NCBI GenBank assembly: GCA_015494585.1
Contig: WGAY01000006.1
Span: 1,335-65,334 of the forward strand
Direction of reading: 5' to 3'
DNA from: Candidatus Omnitrophota bacterium
GTDB taxonomy: Bacteria > Omnitrophota > Gorgyraeia > S143-82
Length of the DNA stretch: 64,000 nt
Under the pieces are notes generated by a model, which had not been told where the DNA came from, did not search any database, and saw only the letters and a list, made by a program, of their open reading frames with translations. The position numbers and the translations under genes were made by a program. Below, piece by piece: positions 1-9,973 of this stretch; position 1 is the stretch's first letter; each line of letters begins with the position of its first letter.

Positions 1-197
1 ACCACTTCAGGGCTAAACTGCTCAAATAAAGCACGTAAAGCGCCTTTACCCGAATCAGAGTATAAGTCTATAGAGCAATAACCTTCCCAATCCTTTTGCC
101 TCCGTCCCACCCCTATTACTTGATATCTAGAGCGCATCAGGTTAACCACATGTGAACCAATAAACCCGCTTGCTCCTAATACAAGCACTCTCTTCAC
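1..197 (-). CDS. NAD-dependent epimerase/dehydratase (SDR family), 5' part only, runs off the window edge
   Basis: Not in the ORF track. Manual translation from GTG at 197 gives MKRVLVLGASGFIGSHVV... (GxxGxxG Rossmann motif), open to the window edge. GTGA overlap with the upstream gene stop. Confidence 0.85.
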   Translation of the reverse strand, partial: MKRVLVLGASGFIGSHVVNLMRSRYQVIGVGRRQKDWEGYCSIDLYSDSGKGALRALFEQFSPEV

Positions 198-1272
198 CCC
201 ACCAACCTCCACGGCGAAAAGAGCATATTTATGTACATCTCATTTGCAAGGGGGCAAATATGAGATAACTTTACCTTATTCTGGACCTGCCTAACCCTAC
301 TGCAATTGCGCCAGAATTTCCTGAAATCCATACCGTAAGCCCTTAAATTTCCCATAACATTTGTATGCACTGCGCAGTCCCAGACATCTCCATTTGAGTT
401 TATCTGTACGGATGCAAAACCAGCAAAGGAAGGCATTGGTTGTTTGTTATTATACAATATGTCCCTAAGAAATCTGTAATAGCGTTTTCTAAAAATGACG
501 ATAATATTATTTATCCAACTCTTTTCCCTTCGCTTTTCTAATTTAGTCAGGGCATTTAAAAACAAATCAAACTCCTCCTCAGAAGGAGTTGGGATAGCGT
601 TGGCGTTATTCATCTCACCACGCACTTCTGCCACCTCAAATATATGCTGGTCAGGAGAGATTTCATTTTTTACAAACTCAATTATCTCATCTAAATTATG
701 GACATTCCATTTAGAAATAACAGTATGTATGCCTATACTTAACAAAGGAAATCTTTTCTGCAATTCCTTCAAAATCTTAACAGTCTCCATTGCCCTTTCA
801 AAATTACCCTTTATCCCACGTATTTCATCGTGCCTCTCTCCTATTCCATCAATAGAGAGATTTATTGTTACCTGAGAGATATCACGACGTGAAACATAAG
901 GTAAAGCCGAATCTATTTTTTTCTTATAACTTCCGGCAATAAACCATTGGTCGGGATAACCAGAAGCTCTGGTTTATTCCTATGAGCTATTTCGATAATC
1001 AGTTTATCGATCCACTCAACCAAAAATGGCTCTCCTCCACTCAAAGTTATCCATACAGGATTCTCTCCCATAGACGATATAATAGATCTCCAGTCTTCAA
1101 AGGACATCTCTTCTTCAACTGGATCGTCCCATATGTAACAGGTCCTACAACGGGAGTTGCATCGACGCGTAAGGCTGAAGGTATAATTAATCGGCAAGAC
1201 ATTCGGCAACCCAGTAATACGATAGATCCAGAAAGAAGGTATCTTATACAACAAATCTATAGATTTCCCCAT
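194..1272 (-). pseudogene. Radical SAM protein split by a frameshift at an A7 run (ORFs 913..1272 and 194..790)
   Basis: The N part has CNSRCRTC and SGGEPF. Adding one A at 916-922 continues the frame as IDSALPYVSRRDISQVTINLSIDGIGERHDEIRGIKGNFERAMETVK into the second ORF, giving 359 aa. Could be an assembly error. Confidence 0.8.
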
Positions 1273-1389
1273 AAAAAGATAACTCCAAAATACCTATTTC
1301 ATTATCCCCCTACCCATAGGCAGTATCTATGATATAATTATCCATTAAGTTCTGCGGGATTACAATCGAAAAAATTAAGGGATAAATCA

Positions 1390-2121
1390 ATGGGTGTACA
1401 CTGGTGGCCAAAATCAAGGGCAATAGTCCTCAATTACTTTCTAATTCGCATATGCCAGGGAAAGAGGGACAATAAAATCCTAGAGATAGGATGCGGCGCG
1501 GGCGGGAATTTCTTCTTCCTTAAACAATTTGGAGAATTGACAGGTATAGAGCCAGATGAGAGATCAATAGAAGCAGCTCGTCAATACAACGACGTAAAAA
1601 TAATAAAGGGATCTCTACCATATGCTATCCCATCAATGGACAAACAATTCGACATCATTGCACTCATAGAAGTACTGGAACACATAGAAGAGGATAGAGA
1701 ATCCGTGGAGAAAATAAAAACCTTGTTATCAAGTAATGGGCATCTCATAATAACTGTACCGGCATTTATGTTTCTCTGGAGTGAGCATGATGTGTATTTT
1801 CAACACAAACGTAGGTATACAAAGAAACAATTAGAACAACTACTCTCAGACGCAGGATATAACATTGTATTCTCCTCTTATTTCAATTTTTTCGTATTCC
1901 TCCCTGTGTTAATCTTACGCAAAACAGGTCTGTTTAATTTAATAAAACGAATTAAGATGAACTTGTCTGGTTCAACTAACTCATTATCCGATACAGCTAT
2001 CACTGAAGGTGGTATCATTGGAGCTATCTTTACCTTTCTGGCAAAAATAGAGGCCTTTCTCCTAAGGTATATAAAATTTCCATTTGGCGTGTCTCTGCTA
2101 TTAATCGCAAAAAAGAAATAA
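1390..2121 (+). CDS. Class I SAM-dependent methyltransferase
   Basis: ILEIGCGAG motif I, EVLEHI, TVPAFMFLWSEHD..HKRRY typical of glycan-locus methyltransferases. Confidence 0.85.
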   Translation: MGVHWWPKSRAIVLNYFLIRICQGKRDNKILEIGCGAGGNFFFLKQFGELTGIEPDERSIEAARQYNDVKIIKGSLPYAIPSMDKQFDIIALIEVLEHIEEDRESVEKIKTLLSSNGHLIITVPAFMFLWSEHDVYFQHKRRYTKKQLEQLLSDAGYNIVFSSYFNFFVFLPVLILRKTGLFNLIKRIKMNLSGSTNSLSDTAITEGGIIGAIFTFLAKIEAFLLRYIKFPFGVSLLLIAKKK

Positions 2122-2211
2122 TATATAAACCACACCTAAGGCCTATGCTCATAATGTAAGTTATTGCAGGATAGCCATAACCAGCAAAGGTGAAAATAAC
2201 CAGAACAATCA

Positions 2212-2313
2212 AAGAAAAAATTCAACCCATAATTCAACGATAACTTGGATTTATAAGGGGCGCCGGGACGGACACCAGGTGGCTAATGCCCGTCCCTGAG
2301 GGGGGGAGATGAT
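2212..2313 (-). ncRNA. Candidate small RNA (unknown family)
   Basis: Follows a sigma70-like promoter. It has a C-rich 5' end, a 14-bp hairpin that is fully paired only on the minus strand (3 G-U pairs), and a weak hairpin plus U-tract at the 3' end. Ends are approximate. Confidence 0.45.
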
Positions 2314-2319
2314 TATTAA

Positions 2320-2348
2320 ATAATAATCTATTACCAGGGCTTTGTCAA
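2320..2348 (-). promoter_or_regulatory. Sigma70-type promoter TTGACA-17-TATTAT with AT-rich upstream region
   Basis: TTGACA at 2348-2343, 17-nt spacer, TATTAT at 2325-2320. The inverted repeat GATTATT-aaat-AATAATC (2311-2328) overlaps the -10 box. Confidence 0.6.
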
Positions 2349-2422
2349 CTAAATTTTTAAAAATTTTTTAATTGTTAAATTATTGTAGGATAAATAGTTG
2401 CAAAAACCCTCTAAAGCAGATA

Positions 2423-4507
2423 CTATGCGCGGGCACTTTCCTGACGTGAATCCTTTAGAAAGGCCATAGGGGTATTGAGCCGCTGACTAACCTCATCCAG
2501 CCAGTCCATGTCCAGCTCTGCCTGTGGCATTCCAAAGACATTTATATCCGAGCCAGGTGCAGAGGATAAGACGTCCATAAATTCGCCCAGCAATACGTAT
2601 ACCTCTGTATCCGATGGCAAACGCATTACGTCCTTCATCTTTTCAAGGTAAGTACGGCCTCTTTCAACCGCATCCCTATCTTTCACCACCTGAATGAGAT
2701 TTATCTTTGTATCAAGCCCTCGATATAGATGTAGCCCCAGCAGGATAGCCAGATGAACATTTGGCGAGCCTTCTCTGATCCAGAGGTTAATAGAACTCAA
2801 GCCATCCAGAGGAGAATTCGACTTATACAAAATCACACCCATATTTTCTTCTTCTGCTATATGTAGTGCGCCCTGGATAAACTCAGGGGAAAGCCCATCT
2901 ACAAGTTCCAGAAATAGTATATTCGACGGTAACAGATACTGCCTGGACAGGTATATCGCCTGTCTGATAATCGCAAAACCGTCCTTATCAAGGGCAAGGG
3001 ATATGGCAAATAATCCTGATTTTCTTAGATCCCTTGCAAATCTCTCTCCTTTATCGACCAGTTCATCTTGTGAGGATTTGCAAACCAGCAAGAGTCTGCC
3101 ATTTGGATAAAGGAGTCCCTCCATAAATTTCTCCCACCTATCTATGGAATCAGGGGTAAATACCGGAACGATCAAATTCGGTTTCCATAGCTTGGGATGA
3201 TAGGGAAGCTGTTCGGCTATGCGAAGGGAATTCTCTGCCAAGAACATCAAGACGCCCTTGCGTACATCCGGCCAGGAACCAGGGAAGTCCCTTCTTAACA
3301 TATATAAATAAATCATAAACAAAAAAAGTAAGGCCAGAATAGAAAACAGCGGATCAATGAGAAACATAGACAATAAGGTCCCCACCACACCAAGGAGAGG
3401 AACTATCAGCGGTAATCTAAAAGACGGCCTGAAGCTGACGATTCCGATTGCCTGTTCCACAAAAACAGAAAAATTTATCATTCCATAGGTTATCAAAAAT
3501 ATCATTGTCAAAAATACTGCCAGGGAATTCAGAGAACCAACCAGCAAGGCAACCAGGGATATAAGAGAGGTAATCATTACTGCAGGGACGGGTTCATCTT
3601 TATCATTGACCCTGGATAAAAAGGATGAAAACGGGACTATCCTGTGTTTGGCAAGTGCCAAAAGGACCCTGGGAGAGGACACAAACATACTGAGGGCCGA
3701 AGATAAGGTAGCTCCCATTATTCCAAGAACTACCAATACAGGCCACCTCGCCCGCTCAACAGCTATACTGGAATTCTCTACCAAGATATGGGCAGGGGCA
3801 ATAGAGGAAAACCAGATTGCCATAAGCGAATAGATAACGAAGCTCAAGGCTATGGCAGACAGCGTACCCAGAGGAATGGCGCGTTCAGGGTTACGTAGTT
3901 CACCCGACATATTAACGCCAGCCAATATACCTGTAACCGCCGGGAAAAAGACTGCGAATACACGCCAGAAGGAGATATCATTTACAGCACCAGAAAATCC
4001 TATCATAGAAAATCCCTTAAAGGCCATAAAAATAGAAAATAAGGCAAGGGCAATTAATAATAGTATGCCATACTGCAGACGGAAGGCTATCTTTGCGCTG
4101 CGTTGGGATATAAAGAACAATATTGCCCATACAACCATCGAGACTATCATCTGATTTTGTCCGCTAAAGATGTTCACCCACAGCTCAGAGAAACCAGTTA
4201 TGTAGAAGGCAATGGAAACGGCTTGAGAAAGGTAAAGGGATATTCCAATTGCACCCCCTGCTTCCAACCCAAGGGACTTGGAGATAATGGAATAGGCCCC
4301 ACCCCCGCCTATCCTGCGATTGCTTACGATAGAGCTCAAAGACAGTGCAGTAAGGAAGGTAATGGAATTACTGAGGAGGATTATAAGCAGGGATGGCCAG
4401 AGACCAACCTGCCCAACAACCCAGCCCAATCTCAAAAAGAGGATAACCCCTAAGATGCTAAGAAGCGTAGGAACAAAAACCCCCTCAAAAACTCCAAATC
4501 TACGCAA
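2423..4507 (-). CDS. Cation-chloride cotransporter (SLC12/APC amino-acid permease family)
   Basis: FGVFEGVFVPTLLSILGVILFLRLGWVVG, GGGAYSIISKSLG, FFPAVTGILAG..MSGEL; about 12 TM helices plus a C-terminal domain. Confidence 0.85.
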   Translation of the reverse strand: MRRFGVFEGVFVPTLLSILGVILFLRLGWVVGQVGLWPSLLIILLSNSITFLTALSLSSIVSNRRIGGGGAYSIISKSLGLEAGGAIGISLYLSQAVSIAFYITGFSELWVNIFSGQNQMIVSMVVWAILFFISQRSAKIAFRLQYGILLLIALALFSIFMAFKGFSMIGFSGAVNDISFWRVFAVFFPAVTGILAGVNMSGELRNPERAIPLGTLSAIALSFVIYSLMAIWFSSIAPAHILVENSSIAVERARWPVLVVLGIMGATLSSALSMFVSSPRVLLALAKHRIVPFSSFLSRVNDKDEPVPAVMITSLISLVALLVGSLNSLAVFLTMIFLITYGMINFSVFVEQAIGIVSFRPSFRLPLIVPLLGVVGTLLSMFLIDPLFSILALLFLFMIYLYMLRRDFPGSWPDVRKGVLMFLAENSLRIAEQLPYHPKLWKPNLIVPVFTPDSIDRWEKFMEGLLYPNGRLLLVCKSSQDELVDKGERFARDLRKSGLFAISLALDKDGFAIIRQAIYLSRQYLLPSNILFLELVDGLSPEFIQGALHIAEEENMGVILYKSNSPLDGLSSINLWIREGSPNVHLAILLGLHLYRGLDTKINLIQVVKDRDAVERGRTYLEKMKDVMRLPSDTEVYVLLGEFMDVLSSAPGSDINVFGMPQAELDMDWLDEVSQRLNTPMAFLKDSRQESARA

Positions 4508-4557
4508 CTAGCCACCTCATTTTTTTAAAAAACTATTTTGTTTATCTTTTGTTTTAA

Positions 4558-5832
4558 TTATACCACAGACCCTCTATTGTATAATTCAGGAGAATTTCTG
4601 GTTTCTTTATATATGGAAAGGGCGTATGGAAAGGGTGATAGTACCCGTTCCAGGACTCCCTGAAGAAAGGATATGCATATACCATAATTCGTAACAGCAA
4701 CTCCTCTATCCATAGCCTTCTGCAGTCTAGAAAGCATCTGACCTCTGGTTAACATACAACCGCCACAATGTATAACAAGCTTATATTCTTCAAGGTTATC
4801 TGGGTAGTCCTTACCCGAATAAACGTCTATCTTCAAATCAAATCCAAGATACTGTCTCAACCACCTAGGTATCTTTACCCTTCCAATGTCATCTTCTATA
4901 GCGTGATGGGAACAGGCCTCAGCAATAAGGAGCTTATCCTCTGGTTGTAATTCATCTATCTTCAAAGCTCCCCTGACCATCTCGTGCAATTCGCCTTTAT
5001 AACGGGCAAATAATATAGAAAAGGTCGTACATTTGACATTCTCCGGGGTATCCGCAACCATCTTCAAGACTACCTGAGAGTCACAGACAACAAGATCAGG
5101 AGATCTAGCCAAACGGCTCAATAGGTATGGATATTCTCTTTCCTTAACCACCAAACAGGCTGCATCGTTATCAAGGGCATCCCTGATGGTCTGAACCTGG
5201 GGCAATATAAGACGGCCCTTTGGGGCCTGTAGGTCTATAGGGACCACAAGTACGGCCAGGCCACCTGGAGGGAGAAGATCCCCTATAAGAGATGGGGATC
5301 TAAAGAAATCTTCAGGGCATACCTGGATAAGCAATTCTTTAAACAATCCTATATGCCTATCCCTGGCCTCAGTATCTAGGCAAGAAATCTGCATAAACTT
5401 TATCCCCATTCCATCAAGCCTTAGCAAAAACTCGCGACAAGGCTGTTTTACGTCTAACTTATTTACGATAACAATTAGTGGGATTTTGCGCATTTTACAT
5501 TCAGACACAACCTTCTCTTCATATTCTCCCCATATATCCGGCTCTACCAACAATACAACCACATCGGCCCTCTCAAATACCTGTCTTGTCTTTTTGACTC
5601 GAAGAGCCCCCAACTCTGACTTATCATCCAATCCTGCAGTGTCCAGGAACACCACCGGACCTATGGGCAAGAGCTCCATTGTCTTTTCTACCACATCGGT
5701 AGTGGTGCCAGGCAGCGGAGATGTAATAGAGACATCCTGCCCACTCAACATATTTAAAAAAGTGGACTTACCTACATTAGTCCTGCCCAGAATAGCAATA
5801 TGTAATCTAAGGGATTTAGGCGTATTATTCAT
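4558..5832 (-). CDS. hydF: [FeFe]-hydrogenase H-cluster maturation GTPase HydF
   Basis: GRTNVGKS, GTTTD, DTAG, NKLD; APKGRLILPQVQ; EACSHH and HCGGC cluster ligands. Confidence 0.95.
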   Translation of the reverse strand: MNNTPKSLRLHIAILGRTNVGKSTFLNMLSGQDVSITSPLPGTTTDVVEKTMELLPIGPVVFLDTAGLDDKSELGALRVKKTRQVFERADVVVLLVEPDIWGEYEEKVVSECKMRKIPLIVIVNKLDVKQPCREFLLRLDGMGIKFMQISCLDTEARDRHIGLFKELLIQVCPEDFFRSPSLIGDLLPPGGLAVLVVPIDLQAPKGRLILPQVQTIRDALDNDAACLVVKEREYPYLLSRLARSPDLVVCDSQVVLKMVADTPENVKCTTFSILFARYKGELHEMVRGALKIDELQPEDKLLIAEACSHHAIEDDIGRVKIPRWLRQYLGFDLKIDVYSGKDYPDNLEEYKLVIHCGGCMLTRGQMLSRLQKAMDRGVAVTNYGICISFLQGVLERVLSPFPYALSIYKETRNSPELYNRGSVV

Positions 5833-5894
5833 AACAGAAATTTGGTCTATATATATTAGCCGCTTCCCTGACAGAATAAAGGGAATTCAAAGAC

Positions 5895-7037
5895 TTACAG
5901 AAATCCAAAGAAAGAACGGGCCTTTGCCAATATAGATTCGCCGCGTTCTTCAGCTATCCTTTTAAGGGCCTCTGCCTCTGAAGGAGATAATTTTTTGGGT
6001 ATCTCCACTTCTATCTGGACATACTCATCGCCTGGGGCTCCGCCTCTGACATCTGGCATCCCTTTACCCTTTAATCTTAGTTTTGCACCAGGCTGAGTCC
6101 CTGGGGGGACCTTCACCTTTGCCTTGCCAGAAAGGGTAGGCACCTCTAGCTCACATCCCAGGGCTGCCTGATACATTGATATCTTCCGCGCCACGTATAT
6201 ATCCTTCCCTTCCCTGCGAAAGATAGGATGGGGTTTTATACGAACCAATACGTAGAGGTCTCCGGACCTGCCAGAAAGGACCTGTTCCCCTTCTCCTGAA
6301 AGGCGAAGATGGGTGCCATCCTCTATACCCGCGGGTATCTTGACCTTTATATTCTTCACGGCCAGGGCCCTGCCAGTACCACCACACTTTACACAGGGAT
6401 TTTTTATTATCTGTCCACTCCCTCCGCACCTTGGACAGGTCGTCTGCATAGCAAAGAAACCAGCTGCCCGTGTAACCATCCCCCGTCCCCTACATTCAGG
6501 GCAAACTACTGGAGAGGTCCCTGGTACAGCCCCACTGCCATTACAGGCTGAACAGACCTCGTAACGCTGAATGCTTATCGCTTTTTCCACTCCCCTATAG
6601 GCATCTTCCAGGGAAATGCTTATCTGGACCTCCTGATCCCTGCCCCTACGGGCCCGCCGGGATGATCTGCCAGAACTGCTGCGATACGAGAATACATCTC
6701 CAAAGCCAAAGCTCCTTAATAAGTCATCCAAGCCAAAGTCCCCAAAGACATCTTCGAGGTCATCAAAGTGGGTAAAATTAGACCACTGGAATCCCTGCGC
6801 CCCAAAAGACTGGCGAGCCGCATCATAACCATAGGTATCGTATATCTTACGCTTCTCAGGATCACTCAATACCTCATAAGCCTCGGATATTTCCTTAAAT
6901 TTTTCCTCTGCTTCTTTTTTATTATCAGGATTTTTGTCTGGGTGCCACTTCATCGCCAATTTCCTATAGGCGCGCTTTATCTCGTCCTGAGAAGCACCCC
7001 TCTCAACACCAAGTATTTTATAATAATCCTTTTCCAT
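5895..7037 (-). CDS. dnaJ: Chaperone DnaJ
   Basis: J domain with HPD, G/F region, four CxxCxGxG repeats. Confidence 0.97.
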   Translation of the reverse strand: MEKDYYKILGVERGASQDEIKRAYRKLAMKWHPDKNPDNKKEAEEKFKEISEAYEVLSDPEKRKIYDTYGYDAARQSFGAQGFQWSNFTHFDDLEDVFGDFGLDDLLRSFGFGDVFSYRSSSGRSSRRARRGRDQEVQISISLEDAYRGVEKAISIQRYEVCSACNGSGAVPGTSPVVCPECRGRGMVTRAAGFFAMQTTCPRCGGSGQIIKNPCVKCGGTGRALAVKNIKVKIPAGIEDGTHLRLSGEGEQVLSGRSGDLYVLVRIKPHPIFRREGKDIYVARKISMYQAALGCELEVPTLSGKAKVKVPPGTQPGAKLRLKGKGMPDVRGGAPGDEYVQIEVEIPKKLSPSEAEALKRIAEERGESILAKARSFFGFL

Positions 7038-7078
7038 ATATTCCTTCCTTAACTTTCTCTACCTCAACCGTGACAAAG

Positions 7079-7672
7079 TTACGCCTTTGGTCGAGAAACC
7101 TTTACCCTCGCTGGCCTGAGAACCTTATCGTGTAGCTTATAGCCTTTCTGGAGTACCTGTACAACTGTATTCTCAGGGACATCATCCCTCTCCTCCTGCA
7201 TCAAGGCCTCATGGACCTCTGGATTAAAGGCCTTTCCCTCTGCCTCTATCTCTTCAACACCGTATTTATTTAAAAGGGAGTAGATGTCCTTCCCTATCAT
7301 CTCAAGGCCCTGGATGAGCTTCTCTATATCACGGGCCTCTTTCGCAGATGAGAAAGCCCTTTCAAAGTCATCTAATACCGCCAAAAAGTCTTGAATAATA
7401 TTATATTGAGCAAATTTTATGAACTCTTCCCTCTCCCTTTCCAGTCGCTTCCGTGCATTATCAAAATCCGCCTGAATCCTCAGACACTTCTCAAACAATT
7501 CCTTGGCCTTCCTTGCCTCTGAGGCCAGGTGTTCATATTCTCCTCTAGAGAGCAAAACCTGATCTGTATCCTGTACCTTATCTGTATCTGAAGCATCCTT
7601 TCTGTCCACTGGGGTCTGCTCCTGAATAGGGGTCTCTTGCTTATCTCTATGCTTTTCTTTATCCTTTCCCAT
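7079..7672 (-). CDS. grpE: Nucleotide exchange factor GrpE
   Basis: ADFDNARKR, FNPEVHEA, QKGY..LRPARVKV. Start chosen at the ATG after RBS GAGGTGG (7678 also possible). Confidence 0.95.
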   Translation of the reverse strand: MGKDKEKHRDKQETPIQEQTPVDRKDASDTDKVQDTDQVLLSRGEYEHLASEARKAKELFEKCLRIQADFDNARKRLEREREEFIKFAQYNIIQDFLAVLDDFERAFSSAKEARDIEKLIQGLEMIGKDIYSLLNKYGVEEIEAEGKAFNPEVHEALMQEERDDVPENTVVQVLQKGYKLHDKVLRPARVKVSRPKA

Positions 7673-7790
7673 AGCCATCACCACCTCGCTAACAAGACTT
7701 CCCAATATTATACACTAAAAATCAAACCATAGTATCCTATTTTAATCTAGCGTACGCAATATAAGTTTGTATTAAAGTGGGAAAAATATC

Positions 7791-8888
7791 CTAAGGAATA
7801 ATTAGGCAACCAACAATCCCCAAAAGGAAAAATAAGATAGGCAGGGGCAACATAATTAGATAGACATTTGCAACACCAAGTTTGGCAATGCTGCTCAAGA
7901 AGGCCAGTAAAAGATAGTAGATGAAGAATATGACTATGCCTATCCCAACCACTGAAAATCCCGGTGGACGTCGTTGTATCTTCAAGACAAATGGGAGACC
8001 TGAGAATATCAGGATGAAAGGAGATAGAGAAATTATAATCCTGTACAGTATCTGAACCCTAAAGACCAATTTAGTCTCCTCATCTCCACTTTGGGCCAGG
8101 CGTTTTAGACTCCTTATTAGGTCTCTTATTGGAAGGCTATCTATAAAAGATTCCTTTCGCATCATATCTGTAGGGGATTCTTTAAGCCGCATCTTTTTCC
8201 TCTTATAAAATTCCTTCTCTGATTCTATAACATTTCCCTGTTGGTCAAATTTATAGATGAGAAGATTATCAAAGTACCACCACCCATCCTTCCATTCGGC
8301 CTGTTGAGCAACTAGTTTTCGCCTTATCCGCTGCCTATCATCCTGCTCTAGGATTAAAATGCCCTTTATCAAATTCTGTCGGGGATAAAACTTGGAAATA
8401 AAGAATAATCTATTATCCGTACTATAGAATGTCAAAAACTTCAAGACCACTTCTTTCTTTGCACTGGCGTTACGTTTTATGAATTCCTTCTTAAGGCTTG
8501 TGGTAAAAACCATAGAACCAGGGACAAAACGCTCATTCACAAAGAATACAACCGCAGACAAAAAAATTGCCCCAAAGATAATCGGCCTTAATATCGAAAA
8601 TACTCCCTTGCCAGATGACCTGATAGCAATTATCTCATTGTTGTAATTCATTAGACCAACGGTATATAACGACGACAGCAATGAGGAAAGGGGTGCAATA
8701 TTTACCAATACAATAGGCACCATTACCAGATAATACAGGGAAACAATCTTGACAGGGACATGATTGGTAATTATATCGTCTAAATGGCCGAGCAGGTCTC
8801 CCAATATATAGAGACAGATAAATCCAATGAGGGAAAAGCCCATAAACTTTAAATACCTTATGCCTATGTACCTGTCCAATATCTTCAT
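7791..8888 (-). CDS. lptG: LPS export ABC transporter permease LptG/LptF family
   Basis: MKILDRYI, NEIIAIRSSG, 3+3 TM layout; TAATG coupling to the upstream paralog. Confidence 0.8.
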   Translation of the reverse strand: MKILDRYIGIRYLKFMGFSLIGFICLYILGDLLGHLDDIITNHVPVKIVSLYYLVMVPIVLVNIAPLSSLLSSLYTVGLMNYNNEIIAIRSSGKGVFSILRPIIFGAIFLSAVVFFVNERFVPGSMVFTTSLKKEFIKRNASAKKEVVLKFLTFYSTDNRLFFISKFYPRQNLIKGILILEQDDRQRIRRKLVAQQAEWKDGWWYFDNLLIYKFDQQGNVIESEKEFYKRKKMRLKESPTDMMRKESFIDSLPIRDLIRSLKRLAQSGDEETKLVFRVQILYRIIISLSPFILIFSGLPFVLKIQRRPPGFSVVGIGIVIFFIYYLLLAFLSSIAKLGVANVYLIMLPLPILFFLLGIVGCLIIP

Positions 8889-9973
8889 TATCTCTGCCTT
8901 GCCAACAATACAAATCCAATTATCATAAATAGTATATCTGGCAGCCACATAGATATGTAGGGAGGCAACACTCCTCTTATGCTAAGGGCCTCTACTCCAA
9001 GCATAGCAAAGTAATAAACAGTAGTAATCAAGGCAACAACTGTTATACCAACAGAGGTCTCATTGCGGGCTGTTTTTATAGATAGGGGGATAGCGAATAT
9101 CGACAATACCAGGGGGGCAAAGGCAAATGCCAGGCGCTTGTTTATCTCTATATCTATAGGTAAAATACCTATGCCCCTGTCTTTATAACGCCTTCTTATG
9201 CCGAGAAGCGTGCGAATATCGTGTTCCTTAAGTTTTCTAGTTATCTTCCCCTCATTATTTTTGGGAAGATCGAAGGCAATAAAATAGGTGTCAGAGACAA
9301 ATTTATAAAACTTATCCGGCCGCCTCGGATCCACTTCATCGGATATAACATGCCTGAGTTTTAGCCTCAACTTGCGTCTAACCTCATCAACCATTACCTG
9401 CCCTCTTTCGGCTATCAACACCCTTGGAGGCTGATCGTCTCTGAGTTGATATATACGCACGTATTTCATAAAATTATCTTTCAATTGATAAATGAAAATT
9501 ATATATCCAGGGAAAATATCAATAAAGCTGCCTGGTTCAAGGTACGCTAAAGGCTGTTTTACTCCCATCTCTGCTACAAGCCTGCGGGCACTGTAATGGG
9601 CATGCGGTTCTATTTTGTCATTTATTATAAATGTCAAAAGACTTAAGACAAAAGACAAGGCAAGTACAGGGAATATTATATTCATCAGACTAACCCCACT
9701 GGCCCTCAAGGCATTAATCTCATTATCAGCCGATAACCTCCCAAATAAGAGCACCATAGCAGAGACCGTGGCAATGGGTATAGTAAAGCCAATAACAAAG
9801 GGAATAAGATAAAGAAACAACCTTAACACCAACACAGGATTCACCTTTTTGTTTATGATTAGATCCGAGAGTTTGACGATATTGCCCACAACAAAGATAA
9901 AGGTAAAGACAAGGAGGGTAATACACAATAGGATCAATACTTGCCTCAGCATATAGTTACGGTATATCCTCAT
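8888..9973 (-). CDS. lptF: LPS export ABC transporter permease LptF/LptG family
   Basis: GRLSADNEINALRASGVS, WLPD near the C-terminus. Confidence 0.8.
   Translation of the reverse strand: MRIYRNYMLRQVLILLCITLLVFTFIFVVGNIVKLSDLIINKKVNPVLVLRLFLYLIPFVIGFTIPIATVSAMVLLFGRLSADNEINALRASGVSLMNIIFPVLALSFVLSLLTFIINDKIEPHAHYSARRLVAEMGVKQPLAYLEPGSFIDIFPGYIIFIYQLKDNFMKYVRIYQLRDDQPPRVLIAERGQVMVDEVRRKLRLKLRHVISDEVDPRRPDKFYKFVSDTYFIAFDLPKNNEGKITRKLKEHDIRTLLGIRRRYKDRGIGILPIDIEINKRLAFAFAPLVLSIFAIPLSIKTARNETSVGITVVALITTVYYFAMLGVEALSIRGVLPPYISMWLPDILFMIIGFVLLARQR

Noticed and set aside
2222-2224. TGA recoding (alternative genetic code or selenocysteine)
   Set aside because: TGA terminates many conserved genes at the expected positions, including ATGA/GTGA overlaps.
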